Shown here piece after piece: positions 36,991 through 50,586 of a DNA stretch of 64,000 nt. This stretch comes from Octopus sinensis (Eukaryota): assembly GCF_006345805.1 (NCBI RefSeq), contig NC_043006.1:57102001-57166000 (forward strand), read 5' to 3'. Position numbers and translations under genes: made by a program. The first letter of the stretch is position 1. Every line of letters starts with the position of its first letter. A model generated the notes under the pieces. The model searched no databases and was not told the origin of the DNA. It saw only the letters and a program-made list of their open reading frames with translations.

Positions 36991-39254
36991 AAAAAATAAG
37001 GATTAAAATAAATACAAAAGAAAACAACAAATGAATTTATCTGACAATCCGCTACATAATGTCTCCTTTGTTAGCTAAATTATTTCATGTGTTCTAATTT
37101 AGTCTATGGTGCGTAATTGCATTTGATACAATCCAGTGTTTGAATATCTTTTTGTTTTCTTTGTTTTTTGTTCTTTTTCTTTATAGCTCAGCCAAGCACA
37201 ACCTTTTGCATATGACCTGAGAAGTTGGATAGGGGATATCAATGTAACCTCAGGCTGAGAACCTGGACCAAATGTGAGCAACAAAGTTGGTACTCCACCA
37301 GAATGAGCTCAAAGTGTAGTGGCCGATGGTAAGGTTAAACCAAATAATAAATTAGGATGTGTTCTGATTGAACATGATTTGAAAAGACTAAATGTACCAC
37401 TGCCCACTCTCCTGAACCTAAGAAATAAAGATACATAATTTTATTATGCTGAAGGAGCTTTGGGAAAGCAATACATTTCCCCAAAGGATGTAACCAGATA
37501 CAGCAATATGTTTAATGAAACTACTAACCATTCCTTATGGAAACAACGAGATGAAGATGCAAAATACCCCAACTGTCACATTGTACCCCAACACAATATA
37601 AATATTGCATGACAGTTCGCAATGAGTTTGCACATCAAACTGATTCATGTCTTAAACATAAACTGGATCAAAAAATAACTATCAGAAACTCAACAACAGC
37701 AGCAGCAACATTCTCTCAAACAGTTCAGTAATTTGTGTAAAGAATGACAGTTAAAACAAACATTATATAATATCTATTACTTTCTATCACCTCTGAACCT
37801 GTTTGTTCCATTATCTACACTTAGAAGTGTATTACACAGAGGGACACTACAGCAAAAAACAATAGATCTACTGTTAAAGTGTTGGATGATAACAACATGA
37901 GCACAAATTCAAATGGCACAACTTTCAAATAATGAGCTCTTGAATTTGTCTAGCTGACTAGCCAAGATTTTACTCCATCACAGCTGAGTGGTTCGTAGGA
38001 AAGTGGTTTGGCTGTAAAAAATTATGTTCAGATAATGTGATCTCGTGGAAAAAGGTGCAAAGCAGAAACAAAATTTATTTTTCACTTTTAAAATTTACAC
38101 AGCATTTCCTTTGGAAAAACACTAAATACCAAATGGTAGCCCGTAATAATTTGAACTTACTATGCCCAACCATCAGAACCCTGAATTACTTCATGTAAAG
38201 AAATGACTCGACAATGTACATACATTTATGAATTTGAATAAATTTCCAACCCCCAAAAAATACATTAACAACAGTAGTATGCTTTGAAAGTTAACTCAAA
38301 CTTTATCTTCAAAAGCTATGCAGACAGATACACACACACACACACATACATATATATATATTGCTTATAAACTCTACATCTGGATGGACTCATATTAAAC
38401 TCTGTTGGACTTTTGGATTTTACTCAAAGGATATTGGAATGTTACACATATATACCATTAAGCCTATAAAACGGATTTACAAATTCAATAACCATACATA
38501 TCTTACATCTATTTTTTCTCCTCCACTTCACTCTCTATTTGTATCACATCGAAACTAACTATGACTTAATTTTTCCTCACACCATCTCTGATGAAGGAAT
38601 ATTATTAATTAATATCCTAGAAACAGCTGTAAGACCTATCTATAAATGCTCTAATATCTATACAGCCTTGGCTTTTTATCTCATTACGCAAAAAATCCAC
38701 ATATATATATATATGGCTGTATGGTAAGAAGCTTGCTTCACTATCACATGGCTCTGGGTTCAATCCTACTGTGTGGCACCCTGGTCAAGAGTCTACTATA
38801 GTCTCAGGCTAACCAAAGCCATGTGAGTGGATTAGGTAGGTGGAAACTGAAAGAAGCCTATTGTGTGTGTGTGTGTGTGTGTGTCCGTCCCACCACTGCT
38901 TCACAACCAGTGTTGATATGTTTATATCCCTGTAACTTAACAGTTCAGCAAAAGAGACTGATAGAATAAATAGTAGGCTTTTAAAAAAAGTCCTGGAGTT
39001 GATTTATTCAACTAAAACCCTTCAAGGCCCATAATCAACTAAAATTCTTCATGGCCCATAATCAAATGACTGAAACAAGTAAAAATAGAAGATATATGGA
39101 ATGATATATAAATGAAAAAAATATATTCCTGGTAATTAAGAGCTCATTTAATAATAGGCTGTTAAAGTCCAACAAATACTAACATTGCAATAAATCCAGG
39201 CACGCATAGCTTGCATGCATGCATGCATGCATGCATACACACACACACACACAC

Positions 39255-39290
<36 letters not shown>

Positions 39291-39700
39291 TATATATAAA
39301 ATGATGGGCTAAAATGATCCTTAAGAATAATGTATATTTAAAATGAAAATCAGAAAAAAAAATTATTGTTAATCTAATAACTTTCAACAGCTGTTTCATA
39401 AAGAATAGATATTATTAATTCCATGATTAAGAAATACAAATTAAATAAATTTAAATGATTTAAAGCATTGTTTATCCCATATCATCAAGAATATTACAGA
39501 TTATGCTAATCATAGGCCATAACATTCCTGATGATTTGACATAAACATTGCTTTAAATTAATTCAAGTTCAACTAGTTTATATTAATTATGTATGTTGAT
39601 TACATAATTATTGAATGAATCATCCTTATTCCTAAGAAACAGCAGCTGGAAGTAATTAGATACTGTTGACTGTGGCTATCAAATCTGAAAACATAATGAA

Positions 39701-39743
<43 letters not shown>

Positions 39744-40899
39744 ATGCATATCTAAAAGAAAGAGATGATCTGTAGTAATCTCTGCATTGGAATGGTCATG
39801 TTATTTATTAATAATGGTGGTGGTGGTGAGACTAATAAAACAATGTCAATTGTTATTGCTTTAAGATGGTGGTAGTTCATGTAATGGTGAGGGGAAAATT
39901 ACAGTCTTTGACTTTCATAGACAGACAGACAGAGATATGGCACCTCATGAATCTACAATATGTTGACTGAGCCAATAAGAGTGTCTACAAAGTTGCTGGA
40001 CCTGTTGGAAATAACATCCAAATAGCCCTCAAATCACACTACGACTTTAACAAAAAACATTGGATAATGTAATCCCAGATGGCACAATGTCAAGATAAAA
40101 GATGAGATTGTGTCAGCTTAATCAGGTCTAACAAAGGGATAGACAACTGCATGTAAGTTAATATCATTGATAGTGTTTATGTGGTTGTTTGGCCTGCTAG
40201 AAATAACAGCTAAAATCTTTTCCAATTACAACTGTCTTGAAAATGAGAGATACATTGGATAATACAGTTCTGGGTTTGTAATGCTTGCAAAAAGGGCACA
40301 GGAGAGGGTAACAATGGCTGAAATACCTCTGATCACAGGTCTGTTCAGTCAGGACTAACTTGGGGCTAAACAAGTATTTATTTTCTATTGAATTTTTGTT
40401 TATATTCCTTCTTCCCTAATTTCTCAATTCCACTTCAACTTGTTTAATTATCAAATGCTAATTTAACAAAAACCAAAATATAGAGAAAATTAAATATTTA
40501 ATAGAGAAAATTAAAGATTCAATGCTGTAAAAATTGATAAATTACACGATGAATAAGAATGTATTGACCACAACTAATGTTCTAGTTATTATTACCTCAT
40601 TCTCATACATTAGTCACAGGAACACTGAGGGCAGTAGGGGTGGTATTGCTTTCACTTTCATAGACTTTTGTATTATTAATGGAGAGAGAAGGTAGAGCAA
40701 TAATAGGTAAGTTTTGCAGGACTTTCTGGATTTCTATGGTTGAAAAACATTAATATTGAGGCATGCAGAGAAAATGTGGCATGGAAGTTTTTGTGAGAAG
40801 TGTTTAATGCTGAATTTAGTACTAGACACAGAAAGAATGACAAGAGAAGTGGAAGTATCAGGTTGGTTTAGGCAGTGGGACAGTGAGGGTGTGATGCTT

Positions 40900-41115
40900 G
40901 TAGTAGTAGTAGTAGTTATGGAGAGCGATGGTATGGAGCTTACTGTAGTAACAGTAGTAGTGATGGTATGGAATACATAGTTAGCAGCAGCAGTGATATA
41001 GTGATGGTATGGAGCTCATTGCAGTGTAGCAACAGTGATGGACAGTGATAGTAGGGAGCTTATAGTAGTAGCAATGATGTTGGACAATGATAGTATGGAA
41101 TTATAGCAGCAGTAA
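40900..41115. repeat. Degenerate (GTA/GCA)-rich minisatellite
   Basis: gtgatggtatggagct-like motif recurring about every 35-45 bp among gtagta/gcagca runs. Confidence 0.6.
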
Positions 41116-41239
41116 AGAAAACAATGAAGTGATTAAGGTGTAAGTGCATTGCATAAATATCAAATGCTATAGTGGGCCTCAAATTGGTGTTTATACATGC
41201 AGTGTATTACTTTTCCCAGTCTATGAAGATAGTTCAGAG

Positions 41240-41640
41240 AGTATCTACCTTTGTTAGGAACAAAAGGTATTTTTGCTTAAAGTGAAAAAACAGATTGCAT
41301 AATGATTGTGTACAAACTGCAATGCTACATGGTAGTAAGACATAGGTATTAAATGTAAGAGGATAGTTAAGCATGCTCCACCGGACTGTAACATCAGTGT
41401 ACATGAACAATGAAGTACAGATATGTTGAAATAAAAACTGAGCATAAGAAGAATTGAGTGCAAGGGAGAGTGTATTGGTTTGGGCATGCGATGTATATGT
41501 CCGAGGGCAGCTGTATAAAAACATATTGACTGCTTAATGTGGATGGAGCTTATGGAAGGCGACCAGGAATACATGGGATGACAGAGCTGAGACGACTAGT
41601 GACACATAGTTCTCAAGAAGACCCACACATCACAGTGAAA
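41240..41640 (+). mobile_element. Degraded RTE C-terminal fragment
   Basis: gattgtgtacaaactgcaatgctacatggtagt corresponds to ACVRTAMLHGS, and ctgtaacatcagtgtacat to CNVSVH, of the RTE ORF. Confidence 0.7.
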
Positions 41641-44600
41641 CTGAGGTTTTGGGAGTATAAATTGGGTGAGAGCGTACCCTAACTGGACCTTCTTACCTAG
41701 TCTGTTACTGTCAAGACCACTCCCTCCATCTTTATATCACTCATCCTTCACTTCATCTCCCAATTACTACAGTATTTTGCTGCTGTATTAAATGAAAGCA
41801 TCCTCCGCTTCTGGGCTTTTTCCCCTCCCACCTACTGGAACAACTTACTTTTGACATCTACCACTCATTCTTATGGTCAACCCTCTCCATTCATATTTTC
41901 TAGTGATTACTCCTTTGTGCTACCATTTATCTTCTCTCCTCTAAACCACTTCCTACTGACTTGCCCTATGTGCTTCTGACCACTTCCACACCTGTCAATA
42001 CAGGTCTCTCATACACCAGCAATGTTTACCCATCATCTCCCTATCTTTTGTCTTTCTCTTAGATACTGCTCTTTACCCTTTCTGAACTGTCAGTCATCAT
42101 CTCTTTTTCCATTCATCCACTTTTGTCCACAGCCATCCCTCAACCCACCCCACTTTCTAACTTATAATACCATCAATATCATCAACCCCTCCGCCTTTCT
42201 TCACTATTTACTACATTCACCCCAACCCTGTTTGTAACCATCTATCGTACTCTCCACACTTGTAACCTCTATTCAACCATCATTCTTGGGTTTATGAACT
42301 TATACTGTACCTCTAAGGGAACACTGACACTGCATCACCATTTTTATCTCTTTCCAGCTCCACTATAATTACTCCCACCCATAATTATATAATGAAAGTA
42401 ACCATGTATCACCTCTACAGAAAGAAATCTGTTCCTGTTCTTTCTCTCATATTTTAACCTCTCAACACCTCTAACAAAATTGTCAATCTCTAATACACTT
42501 CCATTCAGTTAAGGGTGCTCTTTAACCTTGTATGTTACATGGTAAGATCCCTTAGTGCTGGAGCCACAAAAGCTAAAAAAGAAAGCATTCTGTATGCTCT
42601 ATAAGGAAATTCGCATTAGGAAGGGTATCCAACTGTAGAAACCATGCCAAAACAGACATTGAATACTGAAGCAGTTCCCCAACTTGCAGGATCACGTCAA
42701 ATTGTCCAACCTGATGATACTGATCATGTCACAGTTTTCTAAAGCAGCACAGATTTTCTCTATCACACAACCTTGTCCATAAGTTTCATAACTTTGCTGT
42801 TGGCTTTCTCTCTTAATGATTTCAATTAATTGTACAAATATTAGTTCCATGTATGATAAGGTCTTAACATTCAGAAACCAGTTTATAAAAATTTTAAATA
42901 AAAAAAAATAAAACAGCAGCCCCAGCATGGCCACAGCTCATGAGCTGAAACTAGAAAAATTATTATAATTAATTATTATAAAATATTGTTGAAACCACAC
43001 GAGTAGATGGAAAACAATGATGATGATACTTGTTGCATCATTAATTCAATATCAGGTTGACATTGGCTGCAAGCTTGTAGGATATGATTGGAGATTTGGT
43101 TGCTATTTCTAGCAGGTTAAGTGAATTAGAAGCTCTCTGATTGACACTTTTTATAAGTTTCTAAGAGGAAACAAAGCCTATAATTTTGGGGAAGAGGTAA
43201 GTCAGCTAAAGCAACCCTTGTACTTGACAGGTACTTTATGAATCCTAGACAGAGAGAAGGTAACAGTGATTTTGATGGGATTTGAATGCAGAATGTAAAG
43301 AACCAGTAATACTGCAAAACATTTTGTCCAAAACTAACAACTCTTTCCTTTAACATTCTTTCTGATCTGCCATTCTACATTAGCTTAGATTCCAAAAGCT
43401 AATTGCCATGATAATAGGAGAGAAGCTGAGATGGGAAACTGGAGAGAAAGTTAGTATATAATCATGGCAATAACAACAACAATCCTTACTATTAAAGGCA
43501 CAAAGCCTGAAATTTCAGGGTAGGGGACTATTCGATTACATCAACAACCCCAGTATTTCACTGGCAGTTAATATATCAACCCTGAAGAGATGAAAGGAAA
43601 AGTTGAACTCAGCAGAATTTAACTCAGAATGTAAAAACAGATGAAATACTGCTAAGCATTTTACCTGGCGTGCTAACGATTTCAGAAGGCCTGAAATTTG
43701 GGGGAAAGGATAAAGTCGATAACATCAACCCCAGTGCGTAACTGGTACTTATTTAATTGGCCCTGAAAGGATGAAAAGCAAAGCTGACCTTGGTGCAATT
43801 TGAACTCAGAACATAGCAACATCACTAAGCATTTTGCCTGGCGTAATAATAATCCTTTCTATTATAGGCACAAGGCCCATAAATTTAAGGGAGGGGGTCA
43901 TGTTGATTACATTGCTCCCCCACCACACTTCCCAATGTTCAACTGGTACTTATTTTGTATAGCATGCTAATAATTCTACCAGCTTGTCCACCTTAATAAT
44001 TAAAAAAATGACTGGTTTTCATTATTTCAACCAGTTTCCAGCAGTGATTCATTCGGTTGCTTGCGCGCTGCAACAGCAATCGTGATTCAAAGCATGTACA
44101 TTACGCGTAAATTTACATCGACTGTTTTAAAGGGGTTAAATCAAGATCAGATCATACAAGGAGTATGTAGAACAGGGCAGTAGTTCACTGAGAGAAAGAG
44201 GTGAGAGAATGGGGCAATGGGAGAGAGAGAAGAGAGAGAAAGGAAAAAGTGGGTATGGAGGAGAACATAGGCGTAAGATGAAAAAGAAGGCCTGAAGAGA
44301 AAATGAAAGCATGGGCAGAGCGATGGCTAGTAGAGAATAGGCAAAAGTACCGAAAGTGAGATATGAAAATAAAATGAAGTCCTGATGTGACTGTGTAGTT
44401 AAGAAGCTTGATTCCCAACCATGTGGTCTTGGGTTCAGTCTCACTTCACAGCACTTTGTGCAAGTGTCTTCTACTATAGTTCCAAGCTGACCAAAGTCTT
44501 GTGAGTGCACGATTTGGTATATGGAAACAGAAAGAAGCTTGTCGTGCACATGTGTGATAGTCACTCACCACTGCATGACAACTGGTGTTGGTTTGTTTAT

Positions 44601-44792
44601 GACCCCATAGCTTAACAGTTTGGTAATAGAAAGTGATAGAATACACTTCAAAAAATAAGCACTAGGCTTGATTTGTTTGACTTAAAGCCTTCAAAGCAGT
44701 GCCACAGCATGACCACAGCCCAGTGACTGAAACATGATAAAAGAAATGGAAAATAGACAAAAGATATTATATATATATATATATATATATAT

Positions 44793-45141
44793 AAATCGAA
44801 TTGAACCAGCCAGGATCCCTGGTCCGGTGGTACGTAAAAAGCACTATCCGACTCGTGGCCAATGCCAGCGCCGCCTCGACTGGCCTCCGTGCCGGTGGCA
44901 TGTAAAATACACCAATCCGACCGTGGCCGTTGCCAGCCTCGCCTGGCACCTGTGCAGGTGGCACGTAAAAAGCACCCACTACACTCATGGAGTGGTTGGC
45001 GTTAGGAAGGGCATCCAGCTGTAGAAACATTGCCAGATAAGACTGGAGCCTGGTGCAGCCTTCTGGCTTCCCAGATCCCCGGTCGAACCGTCCAACCCAT
45101 GCTAGCATTGAGAACGGACGTTAAACGATGATGATGATGAT
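44793..45141 (+). mobile_element. Young 5'-truncated RTE 3' UTR copy
   Basis: Near-identical to 61040-61390. Starts directly after (TA)n and ends aaacgatgatgatgatgat. Confidence 0.92.
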
Positions 45142-45198
45142 ATGAGAGAGAGGGGGGTGGTGGAAAAAGAAAAAAGCAATAGAATAATCAAGTTAGTT

Positions 45199-45416
45199 TA
45201 ACTCTTTAGCATTCAGATTACTGTTCAATGTAGTGCTTATTTATCTCCATTGTTTTGAATAAATCATGCATTATCTTGAAGCTTTGAGATTTCAATGATG
45301 TGATTGTTTTTAGAATGATGTCGTTGGGTAGGTACGAGTGAGGATAGATCTGGCTGGTTTGAACATAAAGCAAGAAGATTTGGGTTGAGTATGACTGATT
45401 TAAATGCTAAAGGGTT
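45199..45416. mobile_element. Small MITE with TTAA-like ends (piggyBac/Kolobok-like)
   Basis: ttaactctttagcatt at the start and aatgctaaagggtt at the end are imperfect inverted termini. Confidence 0.5.
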
Positions 45417-48081
45417 GGATACATGACAACACCTTCCAGTAGTAGTAGCTGTCCGGTAACCCAAGGTTGCCAAGTTGAAAGTCAACCAATAAAGATCAGT
45501 TGTAGCAGAATAGTAGGTTGACTCCAATAATCTTGAATCCCCCTGCAAAAAGTTAGTGAAAAGAAAATGTTTATTCAGTAGGTCAGAAGTTGAAGTTTCA
45601 AGACTGACTGCACTAGATATGATAGCAGAACAATAACTCAGCAACAGCATGATAGTCCAGCCTGTATAACTGATGAGTGGCCTACTAGATTGCTATTCTA
45701 GATGCTAATACTACCAAGATCAATAAGAGGAAATATCAACAGAATATTGGAACAGGTAATGAATAACTAGACTAAATGATGTCATGAGTCATAATGAAAC
45801 ATTTACTCAATTATCTCCATGTTAAAAGGAGGTATTCGTGGAACAATATTTGTAGCAAACTTGAAGAAGCCTTGGTGTAGCTGCTCAACTTGCAAGAAAT
45901 AACAGCTATGCATCCTCAAAATCACATCCTACAATTTGTAAAAGAATGCATAACATAATGCAATCTTAGATTTTTAAAAAAACCCAGCAAGACAGTAATG
46001 AATGGAATGGTTAAAGGTTTTTTTGATTAAAACTAGGAATGAAATAACACAAGACAGGTATGGCAAAGGAGCATTGTCCTTGTTAACTGGACACAAGACA
46101 ACATTGACTATATTTTAGATTATATTTCCATCATATGTTACAGCAATTCTTCATTTTATTGTGAAGGCAGAGAACAGTTACGACAGGCAATATACATAAC
46201 AATCAACCAAATAGCTCTAAAGCACATGTGCCAGTCTCATGAAAAAACACCTAGCACACTGTAAAGTGGAAGACATAAGGAAGGGAATCCAACCATAGAA
46301 ACCAAGCCAAATCAGACTGGAACCTGGTGCAGCTCTCCAGTTTGCCAAACCTCTGGTCAAACTGTCCAACCCATGTGAGCACTGAAAACAGATGTTAGAT
46401 GATGAATAAGTTTGTTTAGCACAGCAGAAATGGCTTTTCTCTGAAGAAGGATCCTGCCTGAAACATTGAAATTTACATATTCACATGGAATACAAATTTA
46501 TTCAATTGTGCAGATTTTGTTGATCTTCGCTAATGTAAATCAAGATTAGTTTCTTTCAAACATGGTTCTGCTTTTACTCTTAAAGCGTCTACTTCTAATC
46601 ATTACTATTTAAAAATGGGAGCTTGCAGATGTCACAATGTCATGATAGGTCCCCCTTGGACTATTCATTTGAAGAGAAATTTTAAAATTATTCTGGACCA
46701 TTCACTTCATATGATAATACATTTGGGAAAAGAATGACTGTCACAACATTACATTTTTTGTCATCTTTAAATCTGAAGCAAGTTCCAACTGAAGAAATCA
46801 TTACAAAGACACAATGCAGAAGATCTGCAGTAGCTGGAAAGAAATTAGATATATTTTATTAGGTGTACAATGTTAACTTAAAGTTGCTGGGTATTATAGA
46901 GATTGGCTGATAAATGTAGGAATGAAGGTCATGTACATACTGGTTGAATTATTTTGACTGCAGAGAGAACATATTGGAAGAGGAAAATCAAGATGTACAT
47001 AGGAAGGACCAGTGAAATCAGATTTCAGAATGTTGTACCCAACCATAGACAAAATGATAAAGGGTTGATGACAATGAGTGATATGATGTACAGTAGGCCT
47101 GTCTAGACAATGCCAGTAAGAGAAAACTGATATTATATGACAATGATAGACAAGAAGTTCAAGAGTAAAGCATTCTGATTTTGTTTTAAGATATTTCTGA
47201 AAAGACACAAAACAAAGCAGGCGATCCCATTAATGTATGTATGTCCTATTATATATAATTCATGTTATCAATACTACAAAGACATGGGAAATAATATTTA
47301 CATCAAACCTCAAGGCAATGTATTGCATTCATTCTTTACCATGTTCCCTGCCTACTATTCAGCTTTGTAACAATAACATGAAAATAAAACCAAGCTGTAG
47401 GCGAACAACAGCTAAACGATAAATTTTTTTAAAGTCCGACTTGTGTATGCTTGTTGATAAACACAGCACAATGTATAGCTCATTACCATAAACAGCAAGG
47501 GCACAGTATTTATATATAGAGCAGAGTTGACAACTACCTTTAAATTTAAATAATAAAACATAAATCACTGCAGTTTTCCATTTGAAAATACTGTAAACAC
47601 AACAGATAGAGAGTCAGCAGGTGTTGTCTACAAGTTGGTGATTATTTTAAACTATAGATATGAGGGGGATTTCATATGCAATCAAATATATGACAAGTAG
47701 TTATTTCATCAACTACAAAGAAAAATTACAATGGCAAAATGACTGATGTGTTCTCAATTGAAATGCTATATGCTACAAATCCATATTTCATTATTGGTTT
47801 GTTGCTGAGCTGGTCACTGGGCAATAAACAGAGCTGTAAGGAAGGCACACAACCAACCCCAAATTGCAGGACAAGCCAAAATTGTGAGAGAACTGTGTTA
47901 AGAAGAATTGATTATCAAACTAATTGGGAATATCAACACTGAAATCAAAACCTCTCATACTGTGAGCCAATAACCCCATGCCCACCCCAGCCGTGATAGA
48001 GAAAAAAATTAAAATAATCTTTAAATGATTTTTAAATGTTAAAATATTAAAGTATTAAATGATATCTATACATAGAGATAT

Positions 48082-48600
48082 CATCATCGTTTAACATCCA
48101 CTTTCCATGCTGGATGGTTTGACAGAGGACTGGTGAGTCAGAGGCTGCACCAGGCTCAATCTGATCTGGCAAAGATTCAACAGCTAGATGCCCTTCCTAA
48201 CGCCAACCACTCCGAGAGTTTAGTGGGTGCTTTTTACATGCCACCGGCAAGAGGGCCAGTCAGGTGGTTCTGGCAAAAACCACGCTGAAAAGATGTTTTT
48301 ACATGCTACCTGCATGGGAACCAGTCCGGCAGCACTGGCATTAACCACGCTCGAATGTTGTTTTTCACATGCTACCAGCACATGTGCCTGTAAGGCATCG
48401 CTGGCAACGATCACACTCAAATGGTGCTTTTCACATGTCACCAGCATGGGAGCCAATCGGTGGCCCTGACAATGATCATGCTCGGATATGCTTTTAACGT
48501 TCCACTGGCATGAGTGCCAATTAGGCAGTACTGTCATCGGCCACGTTGGCAATTTTGATTTCACTTGCCTCAATAGGTCTTCACAAGCGAGGTTTATTGT
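48082..48600 (-). mobile_element. RTE 3' UTR fragment with internal modules of about 55-60 bp
   Basis: catcatcgtttaacatccactttccatgc tail and repeated ttttacatgccaccag...ctggca...acgctcgaa modules. Confidence 0.85.
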
Positions 48601-49224
48601 TCAATGAATGAGTGGTATTCATAAATGGGTTGGTTGAACTCACTGACATAGGCTATGGGCTCACTTGTGGTTAAGTATATAAATATAGGTCATTAATTCA
48701 ATTTTTTCTACATAATCCCACTTACAATCCTAGAGTAGGATAACCAAGCACACCACACAACTTTGTTCATGTGTTACAAATTGTTTATTTTAGACATAAA
48801 ATAATATAATAAAGAAATTAAAAATAAAAACATTGAAAGACTAGTTAGTAGAAAGCAGGGTATATAAATGTTTTATATAACTTTTCTTTTACCTGTTTCA
48901 GTTACTAGATATGGCCATGCTGGAGCACAGCCTTGAAGAGCTTTTGGTCAAACAAATTAACCCCAGTACTTTTTTTTTTTAATTTTGGTACTTACCCTAT
49001 CAGCCTCTTTTGCCAAAATTCTAAGTTAGGGTGATACACACAAAGCAACATACACACACAGCAGGCTTCCATACAGTTTCTGTCTCCCAAATTCACTCAC
49101 AAGGTACTGGTCAACCCAGGGCTAAAGTAGAAGACACGTGCCCAAGGTACTGAACAGTGAGACTTGAACTCAAACCCACTTGGTTAGAAAGTAAGCTTCT
49201 TAACCACACAGCCATGCCTGCACC

Positions 49225-49261
<37 letters not shown>

Positions 49262-49309
49262 GCAAAAAAAAAAAGAATTTCTACATACACTAATGGATTT
49301 TCACATGTA

Positions 49310-50586
49310 TGAGGAGTATTCATTAAAGATTTCCCCTGACCCACTTCCTAAGGAATGAGATAGACGAAACCTGGCATAATTATTAATCCTTCTCTACATA
49401 ACCACCACCAACAGTGACACTCTTTCCATCGTTTATGCAGCTATGATGACCTTGTCTGTAGAAGTCAGTAGGTTGCATCTGGAGCCAAGACTTTACCTCA
49501 GAAATAAGTTCATCGTCATCCGAAAAGGGCTTTCCCTTAAAAAAAGGTTGGAATGAGGTAGAAGTCAGATGGTGCAAGGTCAGGAGAGTAAGGGGGATGA
49601 GGAAGGATTTCATAGCCACACGAGTGTGCTTTCATCTGGGCAACATGTGCATTGTAAACTGGAGCGTTGTCTTGGAGGAGGTGGACTCCTTTGGTCAGCA
49701 TGCCACACCTCTCTGCTTCGATGGCATCCCACAATTTCTGCAGCAGAGAAGCATAATATGCCCCATTAATTGTAGTGCCCTTTGCCAGAAAATCCATTAT
49801 CACCACTCTATGTTGGTCCCAAAAGACTGTGAGCATCACCTTGCCTGCTGAGGGTTGGACACAAGCCTTCTTTGGAGGTGGTGAATTATCATGCTTCCGT
49901 TGCTTCGACTGGACTTTAGTCTCAGAATCATAGTGATGGACTCATGTTTCCTCCTGTGTGATTAGTCTGCTGGAAAAGTCCTCCTCATTTTCTTGGCACA
50001 TTGCCAAAAGAACCTGAGAGCAAGTAACTTCCTGCTTCTGAAAAGGTGTGAGCATCCAGGGAATCCATCATGCAGACAACTTCCACATATACAAATGGTC
50101 ATGAATGATTTTTTCCACAGACCCTACACTTATCTTCACTTCTTGAGCCAGTTGCCAAATAGTTATGCAGCAATCCTCTAGAATGGTGGCTTCTGCTTTA
50201 TGGATGGTGTCGTCATCAATGGCAGAATGTGGTCATCCAGGAATAAGAGCAGTTTCTACTGATATCCGACCACATTTGAATAGGTGATGCCAGTACTTGA
50301 TAACAATATACGATGGTGCATCATCACCATAAACTTTTTACATCTTTCATTTCATCAAAAGTTTCTTTTGGTACACAACCTTTCAAGTATAAGAACCTGA
50401 TCACTGATCTGCATTCATCTGCCTCCATTATAATACTTTAGTCCACTTCAGCAGCTGTAAGAGACAAATGAATGTTAGTGGAGAGCTGCAATTTACAATG
50501 TGACACGTATGACTACACCTGTACAAGTTCCATTTCCTGCAATAACCAGAAATGGGTCAGGGGAAATCTTTAATGAACACTCCTTG
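49310..50586 (-). mobile_element. Full-length (1277 bp) decayed mariner DNA transposon
   Basis: TIRs gaggagtattcattaaagatttcccctgaccca / tgggtcaggggaaatctttaatgaacactcctt, with TA at 49308-49309 and 50587-50588. ORF 49537-49839 has MLTVFWD...LLQDNAP...LPHPPYSPDLAPSDF; stops and frameshifts elsewhere. Confidence 0.95.

Noticed and set aside
45264-45650. 128-aa minus-strand ORF
   Set aside because: Its C-terminal half lies in a MITE, and it has no recognisable domain or splice support.
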